Source of the DNA: an uncultured Pseudomonadota bacterium
GTDB taxonomy: Bacteria; Vulcanimicrobiota; Vulcanimicrobiia; Eremiobacterales; Eremiobacteraceae
Direction of reading: 5' to 3'
DNA length: 64,000 nucleotides
Assembly: GCA_963736005.1 (NCBI GenBank)
Contig: CAVTNB010000001.1
Span: 1,760,001 to 1,824,000 of the forward strand
The position numbers and the translations under genes were made by a program. The notes under the pieces were generated by a model. It made no database searches. It saw nothing but the letters and a program-made list of their open reading frames with translations, and was not told the origin of the DNA. This document shows, piece after piece, positions 32,415-44,806 of this stretch (the first letter of the stretch is position 1; each line of letters starts with the position of its first letter).

Positions 32415-33460
32415 CTACCGATCAGTGACTGCGGTGTCGGAAACAAGGCTGCAAAAAGCTTGCGATCGCGCAGGATTTGCGCCGCTCCGACCGCGACGCT
32501 CAGCATCGGCTGATCGGCCGCACGCACTGGAATGCCCGTGATCAGCGCAAGTGTTTCTGCGAGTCCCGCGATTGCTGCACCGCCGCCCGCTAGGACGATG
32601 CCGTTTTCAGAGAGATCGCGGACGATTTCGGGCGGCGTTTGCTCCAAGATAGCTCGCACGACGTCCACGATTTGACCGAGCGGTTCGGCCATCGCGGCTC
32701 CGACATCTTCCTCGCGCACTTCGAGCGTTCCCGGCCGCAGGTGACGCGTGTCTTGACCCATGACCGTGACGGGTGCGCGGCCGAGTGGGCGGCCGTAGTA
32801 CCCAAGTGCGATCTTGAGTGACTCGGCGGTTCGCTCGCCGATGTGAAAACTGCGCGTCGCGCGCAAATAAGAGATGATGGCATCGTCGAGGTGGTCCCCG
32901 CCCAGTTTGAGCGACCGAGCCGCCACCATGCCGCCGAGCGAGATAATCGCGAGCTCCGTCGTGCCGCCGCCAATATCAATGATCATGCTGCCGAGCGCCT
33001 CGAGCACCGGCAGCCCCGCGCCGATTGCCGCGGCCATTGCCTGGGGGACGAAATAGACGCGGCCCGCGCCGGCGCCCTTTGCCGCTTCGCGCACCGCTTT
33101 TTTTTCAACCTCAGTCGCGGAGCCGGGGACGCCCACGATGACGCGCGGCGGTACGATGGATTTTCCGCGCAACGCGCGCTCGAGCAGCATGCTGACCAGC
33201 GCCTCGGTATAGCGATAGTTTGAAATCACGCCGTTGCGCAAAGGCCGAATAACGGTGATGGTACGCGGCGTCCGGCCGATCATTTGCTTCGCGCCCTCGC
33301 CGACCGTGAGGATCTGCCCGGTATCGGTGTCGATGGCAACCATGGTTGGCTCGACGAAGCGCACGCCGTGACCGCGAACGTGTACTGGGGTGTTCGCGGT
33401 GCCGAGATCGATGCTAACTTCGGGAGCGATGTGCGCGTAAAGGCGCTCAAAGAGAATCAT
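32357..33460 (-). CDS. mreB: Actin-like MreB
   Basis: IDLGTANT, IDIGGGTTE, TAESLKI, LEQTPPE, LAGGGA. Confidence 0.93.
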   Translation of the reverse strand: MILFERLYAHIAPEVSIDLGTANTPVHVRGHGVRFVEPTMVAIDTDTGQILTVGEGAKQMIGRTPRTITVIRPLRNGVISNYRYTEALVSMLLERALRGKSIVPPRVIVGVPGSATEVEKKAVREAAKGAGAGRVYFVPQAMAAAIGAGLPVLEALGSMIIDIGGGTTELAIISLGGMVAARSLKLGGDHLDDAIISYLRATRSFHIGERTAESLKIALGYYGRPLGRAPVTVMGQDTRHLRPGTLEVREEDVGAAMAEPLGQIVDVVRAILEQTPPEIVRDLSENGIVLAGGGAAIAGLAETLALITGIPVRAADQPMLSVAVGAAQILRDRKLFAALFPTPQSLIGRWWRSFRFGMRENSSSSSR

Positions 33461-34050
33461 GGGACGAGAACATTATAGCCGAGTTCGCGCAACGCGGCAC
33501 CGATGCGGGCGAGCGGCAGTCCCATGACTGTGTAAAAGTCGCCGCTGATGGAAGCGACCAGCAGCCCGCCACGGCCCTGTATGCCGTACGCACCCGCTTT
33601 GTCAAGCGGATCGCGGGTCGCAACATAGTTGGCAATGTCCTCATCGCTCAGCGGCATGAATTTGACTGACGTAGACTCAACGCCGCTGACGCTCTTGCCG
33701 CAAGCGCGGTCAACCACGGCAAAGCCCGTGAAGACGCGGTGCTCGCGCCCCGACAACTGATGCAACATGTCGCGCGCTTGGGCTTCATCGCGCGGTTTGC
33801 CGAGCAACTCGCCGTTGATGACCACGATCGTATCGGCCGCTACGAGGAGCGGTGGTCCGCTGGCGGCTGCCTTTTGCGCCTTGCCCAGCGCGTGTCCTAA
33901 AGCCGTTGCCGTTGGATCGCTTGCATCGGCGTGCGTTTGCTCGACATAGGCGCTCGGCACAACTTCGACGCTCAGCCCGAGACTCTCAAGCAGCTCCTTA
34001 CGCCGCGGCGATTGCGAAGCGAGAGCGACCGCTCGCAGACGTTCACTCAT
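33457..34050 (-). CDS. maf: Maf nucleotide pyrophosphatase
   Basis: LASQSPRRKELL, ADTIV, GKP, DKAGAYGIQ, VMGLP. Confidence 0.95.
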   Translation of the reverse strand: MSERLRAVALASQSPRRKELLESLGLSVEVVPSAYVEQTHADASDPTATALGHALGKAQKAAASGPPLLVAADTIVVINGELLGKPRDEAQARDMLHQLSGREHRVFTGFAVVDRACGKSVSGVESTSVKFMPLSDEDIANYVATRDPLDKAGAYGIQGRGGLLVASISGDFYTVMGLPLARIGAALRELGYNVLVP

Positions 34051-34465
34051 AGAGGTGCCCACCGACTTCGACGAAGCCAGGTTGGTGGCGCATCCGCAGG
34101 TCGCGGTGCGTCCAGTGGAGCACGGGGCCGAGTTCATTGAAGGCGAGTTCACCTTTGACGATGACATGGTCGCCCTTTTGCAAAGGCGCTGCCGAGCCAA
34201 CGGAAATGTTGTCGGCGACAAAAAGGGGCAAACTTGTCTTCCCGCTTGTCACCTGTACGATAAAGCGCTCGTGGAGGCCACTGGGTCCAGCGGACGTTGG
34301 CAAGACGCTCACGATCGTTCCCTCGACGACTAGCTCCGCGCCGCTGTCGCGTTGCGCGATCTCGTGGAGAGCCGCTGCATTGTTGGCCGGCGGAGGCGCA
34401 AGCGAGCAGGCGCCCAACGTCAGGAGAATAAGCGCAATGTAGAGTCGCGAATTTATTCGCGACAT
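34043..34465 (-). CDS. DUF3465-like lipoprotein
   Basis: Lipobox LGAC; G..HERFIV, DNI and GPVLHWTHRD...HQPG match the DUF3465 pattern. Confidence 0.7.
   Translation of the reverse strand: MSRINSRLYIALILLTLGACSLAPPPANNAAALHEIAQRDSGAELVVEGTIVSVLPTSAGPSGLHERFIVQVTSGKTSLPLFVADNISVGSAAPLQKGDHVIVKGELAFNELGPVLHWTHRDLRMRHQPGFVEVGGHLYE
34439..34463 (+). repeat. GTAG-type REP-like hairpin (GCGAAT-tt-ATTCGC class)
   Basis: GTAG-A-GTCGCGAAT-tt-ATTCGCGAC; related copy at 47525. Confidence 0.6.
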
Positions 34466-34574
34466 CGGAGGCACGTGATGGCGATCACTCTCGTGAGATC
34501 GACCGAACGTTCGGAATTGTACTTCATCTCTCAATCAACTATAGTAGTGGATGGCAACACACCGTTGCCGCTTT

Positions 34575-34775
34575 CTATGCCTGGATTTCGCTCAGACGAT
34601 CCTTACTCTCGTGTTCTGGACGGGGCGCTCTCTTCCGGTCCGCGACTGCGCCGGCTTGTTCGCGCTGCCGGAAATATTCGTATTCTCCTGTTAGGCCAAC
34701 CAGGTCGCCGTGGGATTCCTCGATCGACTCGCCCGGTTGCGACGGGTACCTTCTCGTATCCCGCTTTCGGATCAA
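34575..34775 (-). CDS. Small hypothetical protein (66 aa)
   Basis: Co-oriented ORF filling the gap after nadD and followed by a small hairpin; no recognisable motif. Confidence 0.35.
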   Translation of the reverse strand: MIRKRDTRRYPSQPGESIEESHGDLVGLTGEYEYFRQREQAGAVADRKRAPRPEHESKDRLSEIQA

Positions 34776-34799
34776 ACTAGCTCATGTGATCGCGCGACT

Positions 34800-37050
<2,251 letters not shown>

Positions 37051-37099
37051 GATGAAATACTCCTGGGATGGACGGATCGTCCAGAAATGGTGCCTGGGT

Positions 37100-37129
37100 A
37101 GTATAGCAAATCCAAGCGAATGCGGTCAA
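37100..37129 (-). promoter_or_regulatory. Sigma70-type promoter of rpmA
   Basis: TTGACC-N18-TATACT with extended TGn, about 50 bp upstream of rpmA. Confidence 0.65.
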
Positions 37130-37516
37130 ATCAGTTTGAGTCGGCCTCCACCCTTGCTTGTCAAATGAAGAAGCCGGTTGGCGGTAGATTTCTTGCTTGC
37201 CTACACAACCGGCTAGTATCGGTTTACCCGCTAAAACCAAATTGAGGCACTTTTCAGAGGGCAGTTACCCCACATCGTCCCCTCAACCGGAACGCATGGG
37301 CGCTCCGTATTTCTTCGTTCTCTTCATTATTATGGTCATCCGGCGCATCGATCTCCATTCCCATGAATTTCTTCTTTCTCGCTGCTTCGTTCTTCTCGTT
37401 TCATCGAGGCCTGCTCGCCCAATTCTTTTCTTTGATTCTCTTTTCGCTCGCGCTCTTCAACGAAGGGTACAGCGAAGGTGGCCGGCTACCGGCTCTCGTA
37501 AGCGCCAACGAAAATC

Positions 37517-38668
37517 ATGCATACCTCGTGTAAGCCGTATCTGATCGTTGCTTTTTGCCTTGTTCTGCTGACCTTATGGTGTGCACCGGCGTCGGCGCAG
37601 TGTGTGACCGCCAATGGCTCAAGCTCGACAGCGCAACGTCTCGCGCACATCATCTGCCATGACCAAGTTGCCGGCGGCGTGCAATCGGTCATCTTCGGCG
37701 CGTGGATGGGAGATACACCGATCCTCACCACAGCGCTTGGGTATTCCTTCACCGGCGTACCGGCCACAACGTCGATGCACTTTCGAGCCGGCATCATGCA
37801 GACCGAAGCTTTGACCACCATTCTCTTGCAACTCGTCGACCGTGGTGAAGTCTCGCTCAACTCGCCTATTTCGCGGTGGCTTCCATCGCTTCCCCACGCA
37901 GGCGAAGTGACACTGGGCATGCTGGCAAACTCACGGTCGGGTTACGGTGATTACCTGGCCGACAAGCGCGTTCTCAAAGTTTTTGAGGATAACCCATTCC
38001 AACCATTTACCCCAGACGAGCTCATCACGTACGCAATGGCACAGCCAATGGCGTTTAAGCCGGGAACGGGCTTTCACTATGCCCACACCAATCTCGTGAT
38101 CCTGGGCGCAGCGCTGCAAAAAATCACTGGTAAGTCCATCACGCAGCTCGTGCAGGAACGAATTATCACGCCGCTGCACCTGGGCGACACGCAGATACCG
38201 TCAAGTGCGGCGATCCCCCAACCCGTGCAGCACGCATTTTCGCGCGATCGCGGCGTGTATGAAGAATCGACGTATTTCGATCCTTCATGGGCTACGTTTT
38301 CTGGTACGATCACCTCGAACATCCACGACGTCGCCGTGTTTCAGCGTGCCCTCGGCAAAGGTGTGCTCCTCTCGAAGGCTGCGTTCGCTGCGCAGCTCGC
38401 TCCAACCAACGCTGGCAGCGGGCCAATGACAAAAAACCTCTACTACGGTCTTGGAGTCATCGTAGCGGATACTTGGATCTTGCAGCACGCGCGAGTGAGT
38501 GGTTATGATGTGGTGATGGCATATCTCCCCTCGCGTGACTTGACGATCGTCGTGTCAACGGCAATTGGTCCAACAAGCACGTCAAAGTCGGGCTACAGCG
38601 CGTCAATCTTCAAGGATGCTGCCAAGTATCTAGCTCCCGAACGGCCGATTCCCAGTCTCTTCACGTAG
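37517..38668 (+). CDS. Secreted beta-lactamase-fold (serine hydrolase family) protein
   Basis: Signal peptide; VTLGMLANSRSG, FKPGTGFHYAHTN, IITPLHLGDT, YYGLG. SxxK is missing. Confidence 0.85.
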   Translation: MHTSCKPYLIVAFCLVLLTLWCAPASAQCVTANGSSSTAQRLAHIICHDQVAGGVQSVIFGAWMGDTPILTTALGYSFTGVPATTSMHFRAGIMQTEALTTILLQLVDRGEVSLNSPISRWLPSLPHAGEVTLGMLANSRSGYGDYLADKRVLKVFEDNPFQPFTPDELITYAMAQPMAFKPGTGFHYAHTNLVILGAALQKITGKSITQLVQERIITPLHLGDTQIPSSAAIPQPVQHAFSRDRGVYEESTYFDPSWATFSGTITSNIHDVAVFQRALGKGVLLSKAAFAAQLAPTNAGSGPMTKNLYYGLGVIVADTWILQHARVSGYDVVMAYLPSRDLTIVVSTAIGPTSTSKSGYSASIFKDAAKYLAPERPIPSLFT

Positions 38669-41551
38669 ATGAGAGTAGGCTTGGTGCTCGCCGTAGCGGC
38701 TGCGTTCGCGATCCACTCCGGACCAACGCAGGCACAAGATGTTCTGCTTCCCACCGGTCAGTACTTGACGCCGACGGCGGCGCCTGGATCACAATTTGCG
38801 CGACTACGAACGCCCCTGCGTGCTGACGACAGCGCAGATGCTGACGGTGCAGTAGCGTCCGCAATCAGTCCCGATGGAACGGCGATGCTCGTCCTGACAA
38901 CGGGCTATGACAGTACGTATTTCACAGAAGCGGGGAAACCGATTGTCCACGCGGTGCTCGATCCACTCACAGGATTTGCATCAAAGACGACTACACCCGC
39001 GGCACAATGGATTTTTGTCTATGACGTACGGGGGCCACAGCCGCACCTAGCGCACCTGATCAACATTCCACTGAGCTACAACGGCATCGCATGGGATCCG
39101 CTCGGCCGCCGCTTTTACGTGTCCGGGGGCCCTGACGATCGCGTGTATGTGTTCAAAGCCATTCGCGGACCGTCGGTCTCCGCCGAACAAACTTGGATTG
39201 CGGATGCGCCATTCATCGAATTGGGCCACAATTCGCGCCAAGACTTGCCGCTGTCAACCCAAGACGGCGGATTGCTCAAGAACACGCGAGCGGGCGGCGC
39301 GGCAGCCCGCACGCAAAATCTTCCATTCCCAGCGATCGCCGCGGGGGTGGCGACGAGCGCCGACGGCAAGATGCTCTACATCGCGAACATGCAAAATGAC
39401 TCGGTCTCTGTTGTCGACATTGCCCGCCGTCGGGTCTTGCGGGAGATTCGCTTCTTTTCGCCGGGGAGCCGCACGCCGCGCGGAGAGTATCCATTTTGGG
39501 TCGTAGCAAAGTGTGACGCGACCGGCGCCGCGGTCAAGATCTACACAAGCAGTTTGCGCGATGGCGAAATTATCGTGACCTCCGCGAGCGGTCTACGCGA
39601 GATCGAAGTCGGCGGCGAACCAAACAAGATGGTGCTCGCCCCCGATGGCCGCCATCTCTATGTCGCCAACGGCGATCTTGATGCCGTTGACGTCATCGAC
39701 ACGCTCACCGATCGCGTGGAGCAGACGATCTCCTTGCTGCGTCCAGGTTTCCGGTATTTGGGTGCAAATCCAAATGCGCTCGCCTTGAGTCCACATGGTG
39801 ACCGGCTCTATGTGACTCTCGGCGGCGAGAACGCTCTGGCCATCATCGACACGGCAAGCGCCAAGGTGCTCGGGCGCATTCCAACAGGCTGGTATCCGAG
39901 CAGCGTCAGCGTGAGTCAAGATGGCCGTACGCTGTATGTCGTCAACACGAAATCGCCCTCTGGCCCGACGCACTACAAGGTCGACGACGCCGACAATCCG
40001 TTGACGCTGCCACGCGGATTGAACGGCTACGTCTTCAATCTTGAAAAGGCAGGATTACTGAGCCTGCCCGTGCCGGATGCCGCGACCCTCGCTCATCTTT
40101 CCGGGGTGGTCGACACAAACAATGGATTCCAGCCACGTCGTGAACCAGACATTATGGCGTTTCTACATAAAAAGATCACGCACGTCATCTACATCATGAA
40201 AGAAAACCGCACGTACGATCAAGTGTTGGGTGATCTCACTCCAGGCAACGGTGATCCGCACCTCGTGCAATTCGGCCGGCTTCTGACTCCCAACAACCAT
40301 AAGCTTGCCTCTGACTTTGTCACCTTAGACAATTTCTACGCGAGCGGTGACGTCAGCGGCGACGGATGGAGCTGGACGCTGCAAGGGCGCACGAACGACT
40401 ACAACGCGAAGACCGTTGCCTTCGTCTACGGCAACGGCGGCTTTACCAATGAATGGCAAGGCGAGCCTCGCAACATCAATATGTCGCTGCCATTGTTCGG
40501 TTCGCCAACTCCCTACGGCGAGCGCATCACCACACTGTTCGATCCGAGCGGCGACTCGACCATCTTGCCTGGCACAAAGGACATCGGGGCGACCGAAGGT
40601 GCGAGTGACTTAGGGCTCTCTGCCCGAGGTGGCTTCATTTGGGATGCCGTGCTGCGAGCCGGACTCACCCATCGCCACTACGGCGTGTACACGAGTATGC
40701 TTTTTTACGATCGAAAGGCGCCATATTATTTACGGATTTCGCGCACGCCGTTCGCATCCCACATCATCCAGGCCATCCCGGTGCAATCGGAACTGTGGGG
40801 TCGAACCGATCTGTACTACCGCGGCTGGGATCTCGACGTTCCCGACCAGTATCGCTTTGAAGAATGGAAGCGCGAGTTCGACGGCTATGTGAAGCACCAC
40901 AACCTGCCAAGTTTCGAAATGGTTGACCTTCCCACGGATCATTTCGGCAACTTTAGGACCAACGTGGGCGGCACGAACACACCGGAATCGCAAATCGCGG
41001 GCAACGACTACGCCTTAGGCGAGCTAGTTGAGGCCGTCAGCAAATCGCCTTATTGGAAAGATACCGCTATCTTTGTGGTGGAGGACGACGCGCAGGACGG
41101 GCCGGATCACGTCGATTCTCATCGCACGGTGGCCCACGTCATCTCCGCGTACACGAAGCGCCACGCGGTCGTGTCGACATTCTACACAACCGTCGCGATG
41201 CTGCGCACGATCGAAGATATCTTGGGCATTGACCACTTAGGGCTGTTCGATAAGAACGCCGCTCCGATGTCGGATGTTTTTAGTCGCACCGTCGATGCGG
41301 AGCCATACAAGCCGGTCATCCCCGGGATCCTGTGCAAGCCGCCCGTAAAAAGCAACCTCGTACCCAACTGTCACGATCCGGTTGCGGCCAAGACCAAAGC
41401 GCTCGCGCCTCTGCACGATGGCGCGTGGTGGGCACGCGCCACCCTGGGTTTTGATTTCAAAAAACCAGATGCAGTTGATAGCGGCGCTTTCAACCAAATA
41501 CTTTGGATCGGGACGCAAGGTACAACGCGGAGTGCGCCGAGGATGCCCTAA
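38669..41551 (+). CDS. Secreted YVTN beta-propeller + phosphoesterase (YncE/alkaline phosphatase-like) protein
   Basis: DGxxLYVAN repeats, GRIPTGWYP, HVIYIMKENRTYDQVLGD, EDDAQDGPDHVDSHR. Confidence 0.88.
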   Translation: MRVGLVLAVAAAFAIHSGPTQAQDVLLPTGQYLTPTAAPGSQFARLRTPLRADDSADADGAVASAISPDGTAMLVLTTGYDSTYFTEAGKPIVHAVLDPLTGFASKTTTPAAQWIFVYDVRGPQPHLAHLINIPLSYNGIAWDPLGRRFYVSGGPDDRVYVFKAIRGPSVSAEQTWIADAPFIELGHNSRQDLPLSTQDGGLLKNTRAGGAAARTQNLPFPAIAAGVATSADGKMLYIANMQNDSVSVVDIARRRVLREIRFFSPGSRTPRGEYPFWVVAKCDATGAAVKIYTSSLRDGEIIVTSASGLREIEVGGEPNKMVLAPDGRHLYVANGDLDAVDVIDTLTDRVEQTISLLRPGFRYLGANPNALALSPHGDRLYVTLGGENALAIIDTASAKVLGRIPTGWYPSSVSVSQDGRTLYVVNTKSPSGPTHYKVDDADNPLTLPRGLNGYVFNLEKAGLLSLPVPDAATLAHLSGVVDTNNGFQPRREPDIMAFLHKKITHVIYIMKENRTYDQVLGDLTPGNGDPHLVQFGRLLTPNNHKLASDFVTLDNFYASGDVSGDGWSWTLQGRTNDYNAKTVAFVYGNGGFTNEWQGEPRNINMSLPLFGSPTPYGERITTLFDPSGDSTILPGTKDIGATEGASDLGLSARGGFIWDAVLRAGLTHRHYGVYTSMLFYDRKAPYYLRISRTPFASHIIQAIPVQSELWGRTDLYYRGWDLDVPDQYRFEEWKREFDGYVKHHNLPSFEMVDLPTDHFGNFRTNVGGTNTPESQIAGNDYALGELVEAVSKSPYWKDTAIFVVEDDAQDGPDHVDSHRTVAHVISAYTKRHAVVSTFYTTVAMLRTIEDILGIDHLGLFDKNAAPMSDVFSRTVDAEPYKPVIPGILCKPPVKSNLVPNCHDPVAAKTKALAPLHDGAWWARATLGFDFKKPDAVDSGAFNQILWIGTQGTTRSAPRMP

Positions 41552-44500
41552 TAGTTCATGCTGTAGAAAAGCGTATATAAGCGCGGCGGCCCATCTGGCT
41601 CCGCTTCGTACGGATACGCGCTCTGATTGTACATGAACGGTTCGAAGGGAGCATTCGTGTTGATTCCCGAGCCGGGCCCATATGCCCCAATGCCCTGAGG
41701 TACGTAGTACAAGTTCGCCGGAATCGTTGTTGGCGAGTAGTTTCCCAACAGATTCTCAACACGCAACCCAATTTCGGAATTGTGCTTGGTCGCGCCAAGC
41801 GTGTGCGACAGGCTCAGATCCACGGTGGCGATTGCCGGCCCAAACAAACTTCCAGGATCAGGCCCCTCAGGAGTTCCGCGCGAGCTCACGATATTTGGGT
41901 GTTCCATCGTTCCCGGGTTGGTGGGATCGGTGAAGTAGTAGGCCTCAGAAGACGTCGCCGCAGCCAGGTCGGTATTGAGCACCTGTTCGGGTTGCCCGTT
42001 CGCTGCAAAGACGAACGTCTTCGTCCCAACGCCGTAGCGATAACCGGATTCGTAGCTAATCGTCGTGGATGCATGCCAACCATTGCTTGTGTTGTACACG
42101 AGATTGAGGGTGCCGGTAACGGGCGCCACATAGGTAATGTGGAAAAAATGATTGGCGGCGAGCGCAGCAGCGTTCACACTGGGGAAGAAGTCGCCGTCGT
42201 AGTTGGCCAGCGTGTTGTCGTAGGTGGCGTCGAGCAATCCCGAAAACCCAACGTCCGCATCTCGTTGGAGCGCGAACTCAATCCCAGTGTTTTCATTGAT
42301 GCCGGCATTTTCTTCTTTGGCCGGCCCGAACACGGGAGTGCCGCTTTGGAGAGTGAAGAGCAGCGGTTGATTACCAACGACGTAGTTGGATCCCTTGCGA
42401 TAGTACGGCGTGATGCGCAGCTCGATGCCTCGGCCGAAATCATGTTCAAAAGAGAAGTCAGCATTCACAGCTGTTTGCGGCAGCACGGGCGTGTATTGCG
42501 CGAAGTTGTTTGTCGTCAAATCAATCAGGACTTGCTGATACAGATTGGAGATATGATTGGTCGTGCCGAAGCCCGGCAGCGGGAGAAAACAGCCATTTGC
42601 TATGTTGCAGTTTTGCAGCGATAAGGGCACGTTATACGAGTCCTGCAGGGCAGCCAGGGGAACGAACTCGATGTTCTTGCCATACGAGAAGCGCACCGTA
42701 TCGCGCGACGTCAGTTCGTAACTTGCGGCCAAACGCGGGCTGATCTGTTGGGGGCGGCTGACGTCCGCTCCAATCGAAGCACCGGGCATGGTGACCACGT
42801 CGCACAGGGGCGTCGGCGGTGCGTAGATGGCTGTGCAACCTGCCGGCTGGGTGTCATTGATGAAGTAGGTTGTGTTCTGCTGCGCAGCATCCGCGGGGAA
42901 GCCGACGAGTTCTTGATCCCAGCGCAACCCGTAGGTCACGGTGACTCGCTCGTTGGGCTGCCAGCGATCCTTCACCCACACATCCCATTTGTGCACAGGA
43001 TCGTTGGCATAGCCTGAGTTGTCGACGTAGGTACTCAGCGGAGCATGAGCGCGGTCGACCGGAAGGCCCAGCGCCAAAGCATTGTTGATCGCTGCGTTGT
43101 ACGGCGCGATGTAACAGCCGCCATAACCGGGCGTTGAGGTGGTTCCGTCGGCAACCAGCGTCGGCGCTACTTGCGGGCAACCAAGGTCTTCGAGCGGCTC
43201 GTCAAACGGCTCAAAACTTGGAAAGCCTATCCAGTAGTTGGTTGTGTATTGCCCACCGTCTGCGCCCAGGCTGATCTCATTTTTGCTCGTTAACTGGCTC
43301 GTGTAATCGAACGCCTCACCAATCTCAGTCGTCTGTTCATTGAAGAAACTGTCGCTGAAAGAGCCGAGGTCGTACGCATACCAGTCGATCCAGTTCAGAT
43401 AATTCTTGAAGACCCGTACCTCACCGAAGCTCGAGGGCGTCAGTTGCCGCTTGAAATTCAGCTTCTCAATGACCGAGTTGAACGTTTGGGTATCAAATTG
43501 ATTCGTGTTCTGCTGGTATCCGGCCTGACCGGGAATGAACGTAATGTAGTTGCTTTGGTACGTGGGAAATTGGCCGAGCAAGAACGGATCGCTTGAGGCC
43601 TGCACGTTGCCGTTGTTCGACGCATAGGGTGCAAACGGGGGACTGGCCAGATAGTTGAAGTCGAACGTTTCCGCACTCAAGTTTGTGAGGAACTGAACTT
43701 CGCTCTTGTTGTCGGCGCCGAAGTGATAAAACAAGTTCAAAATGTCATCATTGAGGCCGGTGAAGACCGCTTGCCCGAGCTGCAGTGGGAGAAGCGTGTG
43801 CCGATCCCCGTAGTCGCTCGCATCGCGCTCTCCTCCGTAGGAAAGATAATAACTGAAGCGGTTGCTGGGCGTCGCGGCTCCGTAATCGAAGGAAAGCTCG
43901 TGCCCGTAGGTCGGGCCATCCAAGCGCAGCGTCGCCTCACCCGCGGGCGGGTACGTGCCACGCTTGATGACCTCGTTAATGACCCCTGAGTTGGTATTGC
44001 CATTGCTGACGTCATAGCCGCCAGTCGACAGCTGCACGCTGCGCGCACCATTGAGGGTCAGGGCGTTCAGGAACTCTCCGGAACCGATCTCCGTGTTGTC
44101 CACGCCGTCGAGCTCGTACCCGACATCGTTCTCCGCACCGGCGCGAATCGTTGGAAAGCCTGCGTTATCCGTCGTTACTCCCGGCAGCGAGTTGAACGCC
44201 TGAAAGCCATTGAGATCCTGAGGCGTGCCGTTAATGTCGGAAAGGCGCTGCTCGTTGACAACGTAGGTGTCAGCGGTGACGGTTGGCTGGATGAGCGACA
44301 TGGAACTACGCACGGTGACATGGCCGAGCAACTTGACGCCGGTCTGGAGACGGACGTTCACGCGGTTGACCTGGTCTTGCGTCGTGGTGACGCCAAAAAC
44401 GATCGCGGTTTGATATCCGTCCTTTGAGAACGCAACGGAATACGTATCGAGCGGCAGACCGTTCAGCGAATAAAAGCCATTCGCTCCGGCAGTTGTCGTG

Positions 44501-44691
44501 AAGTGCCCCGATGGCGATGAAGCGGAAACAGCAACGGCCGCAACGGGGTGACCCGACGCATCGGTGACGTACCCCTGGATTCCGCCGGTGGTGCCAGCGA
44601 GCGCCCATTGCGAGCGAACGGCAACCAAGAGCGCGCACGTGAACGTGCCGATAAGAAGTCGCCACGTCGATCGATCGATGAACATATGCAT
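41548..44691 (-). CDS. TonB-dependent receptor-like outer-membrane protein with N-terminal carboxypeptidase-regulatory-like domain
   Basis: Signal peptide + GTTGGIQG, SLPGV plug, SGVINEV, GLRWD, ISPRL, aromatic C-terminus. Confidence 0.8.
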   Translation of the reverse strand: MHMFIDRSTWRLLIGTFTCALLVAVRSQWALAGTTGGIQGYVTDASGHPVAAVAVSASSPSGHFTTTAGANGFYSLNGLPLDTYSVAFSKDGYQTAIVFGVTTTQDQVNRVNVRLQTGVKLLGHVTVRSSMSLIQPTVTADTYVVNEQRLSDINGTPQDLNGFQAFNSLPGVTTDNAGFPTIRAGAENDVGYELDGVDNTEIGSGEFLNALTLNGARSVQLSTGGYDVSNGNTNSGVINEVIKRGTYPPAGEATLRLDGPTYGHELSFDYGAATPSNRFSYYLSYGGERDASDYGDRHTLLPLQLGQAVFTGLNDDILNLFYHFGADNKSEVQFLTNLSAETFDFNYLASPPFAPYASNNGNVQASSDPFLLGQFPTYQSNYITFIPGQAGYQQNTNQFDTQTFNSVIEKLNFKRQLTPSSFGEVRVFKNYLNWIDWYAYDLGSFSDSFFNEQTTEIGEAFDYTSQLTSKNEISLGADGGQYTTNYWIGFPSFEPFDEPLEDLGCPQVAPTLVADGTTSTPGYGGCYIAPYNAAINNALALGLPVDRAHAPLSTYVDNSGYANDPVHKWDVWVKDRWQPNERVTVTYGLRWDQELVGFPADAAQQNTTYFINDTQPAGCTAIYAPPTPLCDVVTMPGASIGADVSRPQQISPRLAASYELTSRDTVRFSYGKNIEFVPLAALQDSYNVPLSLQNCNIANGCFLPLPGFGTTNHISNLYQQVLIDLTTNNFAQYTPVLPQTAVNADFSFEHDFGRGIELRITPYYRKGSNYVVGNQPLLFTLQSGTPVFGPAKEENAGINENTGIEFALQRDADVGFSGLLDATYDNTLANYDGDFFPSVNAAALAANHFFHITYVAPVTGTLNLVYNTSNGWHASTTISYESGYRYGVGTKTFVFAANGQPEQVLNTDLAAATSSEAYYFTDPTNPGTMEHPNIVSSRGTPEGPDPGSLFGPAIATVDLSLSHTLGATKHNSEIGLRVENLLGNYSPTTIPANLYYVPQGIGAYGPGSGINTNAPFEPFMYNQSAYPYEAEPDGPPRLYTLFYSMNY

Positions 44692-44806
44692 CCGCTGTCC
44701 CTGCAAGGTTGAGCTCTAGCGCAAGGTTCGCTCGGAAGACTGGAAACCCTAGACTGACAAGCACATCAAAGATGAAAGATCGTTCCAGATGAGAGCGTTG
44801 GGAAGA

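Noticed and set aside
37390..37410. In-frame TGA in a Glu/Lys-rich minus frame as possible selenocysteine
   Set aside because: No redox motif context and no recognisable SECIS hairpin.
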